From the NCBI GenBank assembly GCA_049319825.1, contig JBMORT010000006.1, positions 80,012 through 144,011 on the forward strand: a DNA stretch of 64,000 nt. The letters run 5' to 3'. The notes below the pieces were generated by a model that had not been told where the DNA came from, searched no databases, and saw nothing but the letters and a program-made list of their open reading frames with translations. Made by a program: the position numbers and the translations under genes. This stretch comes from Patescibacteria group bacterium. GTDB taxonomy: Bacteria; Patescibacteriota; Patescibacteriia; UBA11705; DATKZF01. This document shows, piece after piece, positions 10,834 to 18,242 of this stretch (position 1 is its first letter; the number at the start of each line of letters is the position of its first letter).

Positions 10834-11379
10834 ATGTCAAGAATCGGAAAAAAACCAATTAATATTCCAGCGGGTGTTTCCGCCACTATCGATGGCCATA
10901 CCGTGAAGATCAAAGGTCCAAAAGGGGAATTGAATCAGACAATTCATCCCAGCATTAAAGTTGAACAAAAAGACGGTCAATTGGTTTTTGAAATCTCACA
11001 GTTAGATAACAAAAAAGCCAATGCTTTTTGGGGATTATTCAGAAGCTTGGTGAATAACATGATCATTGGCGTGACTGAAGGTTTTGAAAAAAAATTGGAA
11101 ATCAACGGCGTCGGTTACAAAGCCAATGCCGGCGGCAAGAAGATCACTTTGAATGTCGGCTATTCTCATCCGGTTGAATTTGAATTGCCGGACGGAATTA
11201 CGGCCGCGGTTGATGCGAATGTTATCACTATCAGCGGTATTGATAAACAGTTGGTCGGAGAAGTGGCCGCCAATATTCGAAAAATCAGAAAACCAGAACC
11301 GTATAAAGGCAAAGGTATTAAATATGCGGATGAAGTGATTATTCGAAAAGCGGGTAAGACAGTTAAATCAGCCGAATAA
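10834..11379 (+). CDS. rplF: 50S ribosomal protein L6
   Basis: MSRIGKKPI, GVGYKA, PEPYKGKGIKY. Confidence 0.99.
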   Translation: MSRIGKKPINIPAGVSATIDGHTVKIKGPKGELNQTIHPSIKVEQKDGQLVFEISQLDNKKANAFWGLFRSLVNNMIIGVTEGFEKKLEINGVGYKANAGGKKITLNVGYSHPVEFELPDGITAAVDANVITISGIDKQLVGEVAANIRKIRKPEPYKGKGIKYADEVIIRKAGKTVKSAE

Positions 11380-11396
11380 TATTGATTATAATAATT

Positions 11397-11747
11397 ATGA
11401 CAAATAGGATGAAAATTAAAGATCAGAAAAGACAGCTGCGCAAACGCCGTGTCAGGGCGAAAGTTTTTGGTACGGCGAAAAGGCCGAGAATGAGCGTTTA
11501 TAAAAGTTTGAATAATTGCTATATTCAATTGATTGATGATGGAGCGAAAAAGACTTTGCTGGCGATGGATGATCGCCAATATAAGGGAGCCAAAGCCAAA
11601 AGAGCCGAACAGCTTGGTGATGCGCTGGCGAAAGCGGCGATTAAGGCCGGCATTGAAGTGGTTGTTTTTGACCGCGGCGGATTTAGGTATCATGGGAGAA
11701 TAAAAGCGCTTGCCGAAGCGGCTAGAGCGGCTGGATTAAAATTTTAA
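11397..11747 (+). CDS. rplR: 50S ribosomal protein L18
   Basis: GTAKRPRMSV, VVFDRGGFRYHGRIKALA. Confidence 0.98.
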   Translation: MTNRMKIKDQKRQLRKRRVRAKVFGTAKRPRMSVYKSLNNCYIQLIDDGAKKTLLAMDDRQYKGAKAKRAEQLGDALAKAAIKAGIEVVVFDRGGFRYHGRIKALAEAARAAGLKF

Positions 11748-11767
11748 CTTTTTATAAATTTTAAGAT

Positions 11768-12367
11768 ATGTTTAAAAATAGGAAAAATAGATTTGCCGAA
11801 AAGGAATATAACCAGCAGCTGATTCATTTAGCGAGAGTAACGCGAGTTATGGCCGGCGGTAAAAGGATGCGTTTCCGCGCGACAGTGGCGATCGGTGACG
11901 GCAATGGTCGGGTGGGATTCGCGGTGGCTAAAGGAGCCGACGTGACATTAGCGATCAATAAGGCGGTCAGAAAAGCGAAGAAAAATTTGATAGTCGTGCC
12001 GATTATCAATAAAACCATACCGCATGAGGTTCGCGTCAAATACAAATCAGGCAAGCTGCTGCTTAAACCGGCGCCGATCGGCACGGGTATTAAGGCGGGC
12101 AGCGTCGTCAGGCAAATTTTGGAACTGGGTGGAGTTCCGAATGTTATTGGTAAGATACTGGGAACCCGTAATAAATTGATAAACGCTCAAGCGGTGATCA
12201 TTGCGTTGTCCAGCTTTAAAACGGACGGTCTTAAGCTTGATAAAACTCAGCCGAAAAAAGCGGCTGACGAAAGATTTGGCAAATCATTCGCGAAACCCGC
12301 AAGAGCTAGGAAAGCGTCGGATCGACGGGGCAAAAAAATTGATGATAAATCAACAGATAAGAAATAA
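11768..12367 (+). CDS. rpsE: 30S ribosomal protein S5 (C-terminal extension)
   Basis: RVTRVMAGGKRMRF, LKPAPIGTGIKAG. Confidence 0.98.
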   Translation: MFKNRKNRFAEKEYNQQLIHLARVTRVMAGGKRMRFRATVAIGDGNGRVGFAVAKGADVTLAINKAVRKAKKNLIVVPIINKTIPHEVRVKYKSGKLLLKPAPIGTGIKAGSVVRQILELGGVPNVIGKILGTRNKLINAQAVIIALSSFKTDGLKLDKTQPKKAADERFGKSFAKPARARKASDRRGKKIDDKSTDKK

Positions 12368-12369
12368 TT

Positions 12370-12849
12370 ATGCCACTACATTTGCATACAATTAAAACAG
12401 CCAATAAAAAGCCGCGGAAACGGGTTGGCCGAGGCAGCGGTTCTGGGCGCGGCACCTATGCCGGCCGAGGACTCAAGGGTCAAAGAGCCAGATCCGGCGG
12501 AAAAAAAGGGCTGAAGATCAAGGGATTCAAATCCAATTTGCTTAGGATTCCCAAACTTCGCGGTTTTAACAGTCCAAAGCCCAAAAAGCAAATAGTAAAA
12601 CTGTCAATACTAAATAAATACTTCAATGACGGCGATTCCGTTAATCCTAGGGAATTAGCGGCTAAGGATTTAATCAAAGACGTGAAAATCGGCGTGAAGG
12701 TTTTATTGGATGCGAAAACATCCAAAAAATTGAATTTTCAGAATTGTTGGTTTTCAAAATCAGCTGAAAATGTTATCATTAAATCCGGAGGAAAAATTCA
12801 AAGGGAAGATTCACCGGCTACGGCCAAAGAGCAGCGCGAAAAAAAATAA
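12370..12849 (+). CDS. rplO: 50S ribosomal protein L15
   Basis: KRVGRGSGSGRGTYAGRGLKGQRARSG; directly follows rpsE with no rpmD. Confidence 0.98.
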   Translation: MPLHLHTIKTANKKPRKRVGRGSGSGRGTYAGRGLKGQRARSGGKKGLKIKGFKSNLLRIPKLRGFNSPKPKKQIVKLSILNKYFNDGDSVNPRELAAKDLIKDVKIGVKVLLDAKTSKKLNFQNCWFSKSAENVIIKSGGKIQREDSPATAKEQREKK

Positions 12850-12900
12850 TTTTGTCTCTGCCCATCCTTCTTTTTTCCCTCTGCTTACCCCAATATCAAT

Positions 12901-14172
12901 ATGTGGCAAAAACTTGTCCAAATCTGGAAAATAAAAGATCTACGAAACAGCATAGTTTTTGTTTTAGCCATGTTGGCGGTTTTCCGATTGGCGGCGCACA
13001 TTCCCATTCCCGGAATAAATATTGAAAATTTAAGAGAATTTTTTTCATCAAATGACATTTTGGGTTTGATGAATATATTTTCCGGCGGCGGCATGCAAAA
13101 TTTTTCCATTGTGATGATGGGAGTGGCTCCATATATTACCGCTTCCATTATTTTTCAGCTGCTGGCGATGATCATTCCCAAATTGGAAGAAATGAATAAA
13201 GAAGAAGCTGGTCGTCAAAAAATAAACCAATATACGCGCATCGCCACTATCCCGATGGCGCTGCTTCAGGCTTATGGCATGATTCGTATTCTTTCAACGT
13301 CTCCCCAGCCGATCATTGAGGATTTGAATCCTTTTCGATTTGTCGCCATGTTGATTACCATTACCGCCGGCACCATGTTTTTGGTCTGGATCGGAGAATT
13401 GATATCGGAGAAAAAAATCGGTAATGGCATTTCACTTTTAATATTTGCCGGCATTATCGCCAGCATTCCGACAGCGCTTCAGCAGGTGGTGATAAACTTT
13501 GACCGTTCTCAATTGATCACGTTAGTCGTATTTGTGGCGATCGCCGTTGTGACGATTGTCGGTGTGGTAATTATCACCGAGGGGCAGCGAAAAATTCCGG
13601 TTTCTTACGCCCGAAGAGTGCGCGGCATGAAAATGTACGGCGGCACCAGCACTCATTTACCCCTCAGAGTTAACCAGGCCGGTGTTATTCCCATTATTTT
13701 CGCCATTTCCATTATTTTATTTCCACCCATGGTCGCTCAGTTTTTCGTGAACGCCCAAACCGCATTTATAGCCAGATTGGCGCAGTTTGTGATTGACGTT
13801 TTCCAGAATCAATGGTTTTACGGCATTATGTATTTTGTCTTGGTTTTCGGTTTCACATATTTTTACACGGCGGTTATCTTCCATCCGGGACAGATTGCCG
13901 AAAATTTACAAAAACAAGGCGGATTTATTCCCGGCATCAGGCCCGGCCAGCATACCGAACAATACTTGAATAACACGATCAAACGAATCACTTTTTTGGG
14001 AGCGCTATTTCTGGGAGTGATCGCCATACTGCCATTGGTGATGCAGCAAGCGACCGGCATGACATCTTTGGTCATCGGCGGCACCAGTTTGCTGATCGTC
14101 GTTAGCGTGGTCATCGAAACGGTCAAACAAATTGAAGCGCAGATGGTCATGCGAGATTACGACGGTTTTTAA
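12901..14172 (+). CDS. secY: Preprotein translocase subunit SecY
   Basis: About 10 TM helices; GVAPYITASII, GNGISLLIFAGI, AGVIPIIFA, FIPGIRPG, GGTSLLIVV. Confidence 0.99.
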   Translation: MWQKLVQIWKIKDLRNSIVFVLAMLAVFRLAAHIPIPGINIENLREFFSSNDILGLMNIFSGGGMQNFSIVMMGVAPYITASIIFQLLAMIIPKLEEMNKEEAGRQKINQYTRIATIPMALLQAYGMIRILSTSPQPIIEDLNPFRFVAMLITITAGTMFLVWIGELISEKKIGNGISLLIFAGIIASIPTALQQVVINFDRSQLITLVVFVAIAVVTIVGVVIITEGQRKIPVSYARRVRGMKMYGGTSTHLPLRVNQAGVIPIIFAISIILFPPMVAQFFVNAQTAFIARLAQFVIDVFQNQWFYGIMYFVLVFGFTYFYTAVIFHPGQIAENLQKQGGFIPGIRPGQHTEQYLNNTIKRITFLGALFLGVIAILPLVMQQATGMTSLVIGGTSLLIVVSVVIETVKQIEAQMVMRDYDGF

Positions 14173-14206
14173 TTATAAATCAGTTACTGAATTAAATTAT
14201 AAATTG

Positions 14207-14232
14207 ATCCCGCACATTCTCGCGGGATTTTT
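14207..14232 (+). terminator. Intrinsic terminator after secY
   Basis: ATCCCGC-loop-GCGGGAT followed by TTTT. Confidence 0.6.
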
Positions 14233-14276
14233 AATAGACTTTTTGACCGGCTTACGTTACAATAAAATTGAATATT

Positions 14277-14918
14277 ATGAAAAACATTATTTTTATCGGC
14301 CCGCCCGGATCCGGCAAAGGCACTCAAACTCGGCAATTGGCCGCCGCGAGGCAGCTACCGCTAATATCAACCGGTGCGCTGCTGAGAAAAGAAGTTCAGC
14401 AAGAGACCCCGATCGGCCGAGATATAAAAAATGACCTGTATTCCGGGGAATTAGCGCCGGATGATATTGTCAATAAAATGATATTGCACATCTTAGACGA
14501 TACGGGGCCAAATTTCATATTGGATGGTTATCCGAGAAACATTAATCAGGCCAGGACAATTGTTGGTTTTTTAAAAGAGAAAAAGTGGTCGATGATCATA
14601 TTTGAATTGAAACTGCCTGATCGCATCGCCATCGAGCGCATCAGCGGCAGACGGACGTGCGGTTGCGGGCGCGTTTATCATTTGGTTTATGATCCACCCA
14701 AAAATGACGAGATTTGCGATGTCTGCGGCCGAAAATTGGCGATCCGTGATGATCAGCGGCCGTCGGTAGTTAAAAACAGATTGGACCTTTACCACGACAT
14801 TACCGAGCCGATGATAAAATATTTGCAAAGTCAGCATGATATTGACATTGAATATCACCAGATAGATTCAACTCGAGATATCAATGATGTATTTAAAGAC
14901 ATCACTTCTAAAATATGA
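14277..14918 (+). CDS. adk: Adenylate kinase (Zn-LID type)
   Basis: GPPGSGKGT, ILDGYPRN, RRTCGCG..CDVCG, RDD. Upstream TAGACT-17-TACAAT promoter-like motif. Confidence 0.97.
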   Translation: MKNIIFIGPPGSGKGTQTRQLAAARQLPLISTGALLRKEVQQETPIGRDIKNDLYSGELAPDDIVNKMILHILDDTGPNFILDGYPRNINQARTIVGFLKEKKWSMIIFELKLPDRIAIERISGRRTCGCGRVYHLVYDPPKNDEICDVCGRKLAIRDDQRPSVVKNRLDLYHDITEPMIKYLQSQHDIDIEYHQIDSTRDINDVFKDITSKI

Positions 14919-15688
14919 TTATCATCAAAACTCCTCTGGAAATCGATACCATGAGAACCGGCGGTAAAATATTGGCTTCGGTTTTGTTTGAGGTCGAGAA
15001 AAATTTGGCGCCCGGAGTTAGCGCTCAGCAGCTTGATGAGTTAGCGGAAAAATTAATCAGGGCCAATGGCGGCCGGCCGTCGTTTAAAGGATATGGCTCA
15101 AAAAATAATCCGTATCCGGCGACTTTATGCGTGTCGGTCAATGATGAAGTTGTCCATGGCATACCCACCGGTGATAAAATATTTAAGACAGGCGATATTG
15201 TCAGTTTGGACATCGGCATGCAATACCCGGCCAAAGGCGGCACGTACACGGACATGGCGGTCACCGTCGGCGTGGGCAAAATAAGCAAGCCAGCCAAGCT
15301 TTTAATAAAAACTACCAAAAAAGCTTTGGAAAATGGCATAACTCAATGTCGCGGAGGCAATTTATTGTCGCAAGTATCGGCGGCAATATACCAAACGGCA
15401 AAAAAACAAGGTTTTTCAGTGGTCAGATCATTGGTCGGTCATGGCGTCGGGAAGCAGGTTCATGAAGATCCGCAGATTCCCAATTTCGTGTCTGACGATC
15501 GAGATATAATTTTAAAGCCGGGCATGACTTTGGCTTTGGAACCGATGGTGAATTTGGGGGATTATCAGGTGGAGCTGCTCAATGATGGTTGGACATTCTC
15601 CACAGCCGATGGCAAGCTTTCCGCTCATTTTGAGCATACGGTGCTGGTGACAGACGGTGAACCAGAAGTGCTGACGCGTTTATCGTAG
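14915..15688 (+). CDS. map: Methionine aminopeptidase type I
   Basis: CVSVNDEVVHGIP, GHGVG..HEDP, LEPM, SAHFEHT; ATGA overlap with adk. Confidence 0.98.
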   Translation: MIIIKTPLEIDTMRTGGKILASVLFEVEKNLAPGVSAQQLDELAEKLIRANGGRPSFKGYGSKNNPYPATLCVSVNDEVVHGIPTGDKIFKTGDIVSLDIGMQYPAKGGTYTDMAVTVGVGKISKPAKLLIKTTKKALENGITQCRGGNLLSQVSAAIYQTAKKQGFSVVRSLVGHGVGKQVHEDPQIPNFVSDDRDIILKPGMTLALEPMVNLGDYQVELLNDGWTFSTADGKLSAHFEHTVLVTDGEPEVLTRLS

Positions 15689-15775
15689 CCAAAAACGATG
15701 AGTGAAAAAAGTAAAACGACTATTATACCAATACGCGATTTTTTCTTTCTCATTTTTAATTTTATTTTTAATTGT

Positions 15776-16174
15776 ATGCAGTTACTCGGCATTGATTACG
15801 GTAAAAGCAAAGTTGGATTGGCGCTGGGCGATGATATCACCAAGCTGGCTTTTGCATTGAAGACCATTAAAAACGAAGGCAACGATCGATTGGTTAAAAA
15901 TATAAAAGAATTAGTCAAAGAAGAAGCCGTTGAGTTAATAGTCATCGGTAAACCCATCAATCTGCAAGGTCAGTCCGAGGTTTCCAAGGATTTGCAGGAA
16001 TTTTTCGATGAGCTCGCAGCCGAATATTCGGTTGTTTGGCAAAACGAGCAGCTGACGACCAAACAAGCGGAAAGTCTGGCGAAAACAATTCCGGGCAAAC
16101 CGGTGGTGCTTAAAAAAGTTGATGATAAAATAGCGGCCATGATTATTTTACAGTCATATCTTGATACAGTTTAA
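15776..16174 (+). CDS. yqgF: YqgF/RuvX pre-16S rRNA nuclease / Holliday junction resolvase-like
   Basis: LLGIDYG..KVGLA, IVIGKP, NEQLTT, DKIAAMIILQSYLD. Confidence 0.92.
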   Translation: MQLLGIDYGKSKVGLALGDDITKLAFALKTIKNEGNDRLVKNIKELVKEEAVELIVIGKPINLQGQSEVSKDLQEFFDELAAEYSVVWQNEQLTTKQAESLAKTIPGKPVVLKKVDDKIAAMIILQSYLDTV

Positions 16175-16326
16175 GCACCAAACAACAAATTACAAAAAAA
16201 GTGACCAAATTTCAATTTTAAAATTTCAAATATTTAGTAGTTGGAGCTTGGATATTGGATATTGTGATTTATCCGTCGACTCTGCTCGGGACAGGTTTGT
16301 AGTTTGGTGCTTGTGATTTGTTATTT
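16175..16326. repeat. Low-complexity inverted-arm intergenic element with a nested REP-like unit
   Basis: Left arm AAGCACCAAAC-AACAAAT-TACAAA pairs with right arm TTTGTAGTTTGGTGCTTG; degenerate heptamers (TTGGATA); nested CCGTCGACTCTGCTCGGGACAGG. Confidence 0.6.
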
Positions 16327-16335
16327 CGCTTTTTT

Positions 16336-17037
16336 ATGTATTCAAAAGACTTCGCCATAACATTAGCCAAAAGGAGCGCGGATGACGCCTCCAATTTTTA
16401 TATACTTTACAGCCAAAAAAATGGAATGCAGACCGTTAAAGTTCGCGGCGCGAAAAGATCGCTGAGCAAAATGGCCGGCCATCTAGAACCGCCGGCTTTG
16501 GTCGAAGTGTTTGTTGCCAGCGGCAGGAAAATAAATTATCTGGCCGGCGCCAATTTGATTAAAAGGTTTAATCTTAATTCACTGGAAAAATACCGCCAGC
16601 AATTTTGGCTGGTCAAAGTGATTATGGAATTATTCAAGGAAAATAGCGGCGATCTGACCATGTGGCTGCTGCTTAATGAATATTATCAGCAGCTGGATGT
16701 GATTCGCACCGATAAAGAGGCGGAGCTGCTAAAAAATATTTTTATCTGGCGGCTGGGCGCTGTCTTGGGCTTAAAACCGGATTTGATAAACTGCCATGAC
16801 TGCGGCCGTCAGGCGAGCGGATTTTATTTAAACATGAATAAAGGATCGCTGGTGTGCGAAAATTGTCACAGCGGAGGCGGATATTTGCTGTCCGGCCGGA
16901 TATTGGAGTCGTTGGGGCATATTTACGCTGTGGGTTTGGGTAGTATTTTTAATGAATTGGTCGGCAGCGATGAACTGTTCGCTTTTCACAATTTTACAAT
17001 AAAATATTGGCAGCATCGGCTGGAAACAAAACTGTAA
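16336..17037 (+). CDS. recO: DNA repair protein RecO
   Basis: VRGAKRSLSKMAGHLEP, LGLKPDLINCHDCG..LVCENC Zn finger. Confidence 0.9.
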   Translation: MYSKDFAITLAKRSADDASNFYILYSQKNGMQTVKVRGAKRSLSKMAGHLEPPALVEVFVASGRKINYLAGANLIKRFNLNSLEKYRQQFWLVKVIMELFKENSGDLTMWLLLNEYYQQLDVIRTDKEAELLKNIFIWRLGAVLGLKPDLINCHDCGRQASGFYLNMNKGSLVCENCHSGGGYLLSGRILESLGHIYAVGLGSIFNELVGSDELFAFHNFTIKYWQHRLETKL

Positions 17038-17047
17038 ATCGCCGCGC

Positions 17048-17100
17048 TTGACTAAAAAAAAAATTCGTGATAAATTGAACCATCAATCTTGAAAGGAGGA
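17048..17100 (+). promoter_or_regulatory. Promoter and strong RBS of Zn-ribbon ORF 1
   Basis: TTGACT-17-(TG)TAAATT; AAAGGAGG upstream of ATG 17105. Confidence 0.7.
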
Positions 17101-17104
17101 TTCC

Positions 17105-17311
17105 ATGACCCATCAGAACAACGCGACACCAACTCAGATTGATTGGCGACAGTTGCCCGAATGCGGAATATTTGACACGAAATGTCCGTGGTGCGGCAAT
17201 GAGGACGGTAATTTTTTTAAAAAGGCCGAAACAACGGCTGGAGAAAAAGATGTCTGGATTTGCAATAAGTGTTGTCGATTATTCAAACTGGGCAATATGA
17301 TCAGCTGGTAG
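17105..17311 (+). CDS. Small Zn-ribbon protein (68 aa)
   Basis: CPWCG...WICNKC; own promoter, SD and downstream hairpin terminator (~17312-17337). Confidence 0.75.
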   Translation: MTHQNNATPTQIDWRQLPECGIFDTKCPWCGNEDGNFFKKAETTAGEKDVWICNKCCRLFKLGNMISW

Positions 17312-17448
17312 ATCGATCTTAAAAAGGTCGATTTTTACGTAAAAAACGGGAAAAGATAGCTGTTTACAAAAATGAAATATTTTGATAAGATGGGGCAAAT
17401 TGAAGGTTGTTGATCTTTGGAAAAAAGGAGAACAGGAGGTGATGCCCG

Positions 17449-17697
17449 ATGGCCAAGTCAGGAAAGTCAAGAAGCGAGCGCAAACATATTCGTTTGGTGA
17501 AATCCACTGATCGGCGATTGAAATTGGCGACCGTTTCTTTGAATGTCGAAGACTTGTCTTTTGGCAAAGGAGCGGATAATGCTTGTCCGTATTGCTACAA
17601 TGCCAGAGGCAATCAAACAAAAACGATTGGATATGACGGCCGCGTGTATTACATCACCAGCTGCAATCGGTGCGGTAGAGATTATCGAAGACTGTAA
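17449..17697 (+). CDS. Small basic Zn-ribbon protein (82 aa)
   Basis: CPYC...CNRCG; TTTACA-17-TAAGAT promoter (17363-17391) and AGGAGGTGAT SD (17434-17443). Confidence 0.75.
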   Translation: MAKSGKSRSERKHIRLVKSTDRRLKLATVSLNVEDLSFGKGADNACPYCYNARGNQTKTIGYDGRVYYITSCNRCGRDYRRL

Positions 17698-17740
17698 ACG
17701 TCAATCATTGATTGGCGTTTTTAAGTTTGACGGCGGCAAA

Positions 17741-17771
17741 CCAAAAATTCATGCGGCGCATGAATTTTTGG
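17741..17771. terminator. Bidirectional hairpin terminator at the tRNA-Val 3' end
   Basis: CCAAAAATTCATGC-GGC-GCATGAATTTTTGG, a perfect 14-bp stem. Confidence 0.7.
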
Positions 17772-17848
17772 TGGTGGGTGTATCTGGACTCGAACCAGAG
17801 ACCTTTACGATGTCAACGTAACGCTCTAACCAGCTGAGCTATACACCC
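17772..17848 (-). tRNA. tRNA-Val(GAC)
   Basis: Reverse complement GGGTGTA..TTACG-TTGACAT-CGTAA..GGTTCGAGTCC..TACACCC-ACCA forms a cloverleaf. Confidence 0.96.
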
Positions 17849-17950
17849 GCCTTCGCCCTTCGATAAACTCAGGGCTTCAACGGGCAGGCCCGGTAATTTG
17901 GCCTGCCAGCCGAAGCTCCGACGAGCAACGAGAGGAGGAGCGAAGGCTGG
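17846..17950. repeat. Two oppositely oriented hairpin repeat units overlapping the ends of tRNA-Val and tRNA-Ile
   Basis: CCCGCC-TTCGC..GCTTC-AACGGG-CAGGCC and, on the minus strand, CCAGCC-TTCGC..GCTTC-GGCTGG-CAGGCC; nested CCCTTCGATAAACTCAGGG. Confidence 0.75.
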
Positions 17951-18024
17951 TGGGTGCGGATGGACTTGAACCATCGACCCCAACGTTATAAGCGTTGTGC
18001 TCTAACCAACTGAGCTACGCACCC
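17948..18024 (-). tRNA. tRNA-Ile(UAU)
   Basis: Reverse complement GGGTGCG-TAGCTCAGTTGGTTAGAGCA-CAACG-CTTATAA-CGTTG-GGGTC-GATGG-TTCAAGT-CCATC-CGCACCC-ACCA; anticodon TAT, A37 A38 A73. Confidence 0.93.
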
Positions 18025-18159
18025 ATCGGTATTGGAAATTGGTTATTGGTTTGGGGCAATGGGGATTGAAAGTTAGGATTCCAATGTTCATCTTTTCAAT
18101 TTTTACGGTGGCTTCATTCCCCTGATTCATGCTCCATGATAAAAAACGGTTCTTGCGAT

Positions 18160-18188
18160 ATTTTATCACAATTGAAATATTTTGTAAA
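18160..18188 (-). promoter_or_regulatory. Promoter of the tRNA-Ile/tRNA-Val operon
   Basis: Minus strand TTTACA-17-(TG)TAAAAT. Confidence 0.65.
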
Positions 18189-18201
18189 TAGCAATTATCA
18201 C

Positions 18202-18226
18202 AAAAGCCTTCGAAACGAAGGCTTTT
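18202..18226 (-). terminator. Intrinsic terminator downstream of the 653-aa secreted protein
   Basis: AAAAGCCTTCG-AAA-CGAAGGCTTTT. Confidence 0.75.
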
Positions 18227-18242
18227 TATGTTGCGGCTGGAA

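Noticed and set aside
14-14150. Numerous short antisense or alternate-frame ORFs across the ribosomal operon (e.g. 11166-11693)
   Set aside because: Shadows of highly conserved genes, with no independent start signals or recognisable motifs.
17543-17821. 92-aa ORF overlapping the Zn-ribbon gene and tRNA-Val
   Set aside because: It crosses a terminator and the antisense of a tRNA; the 17449 frame has the SD and Cys motifs.
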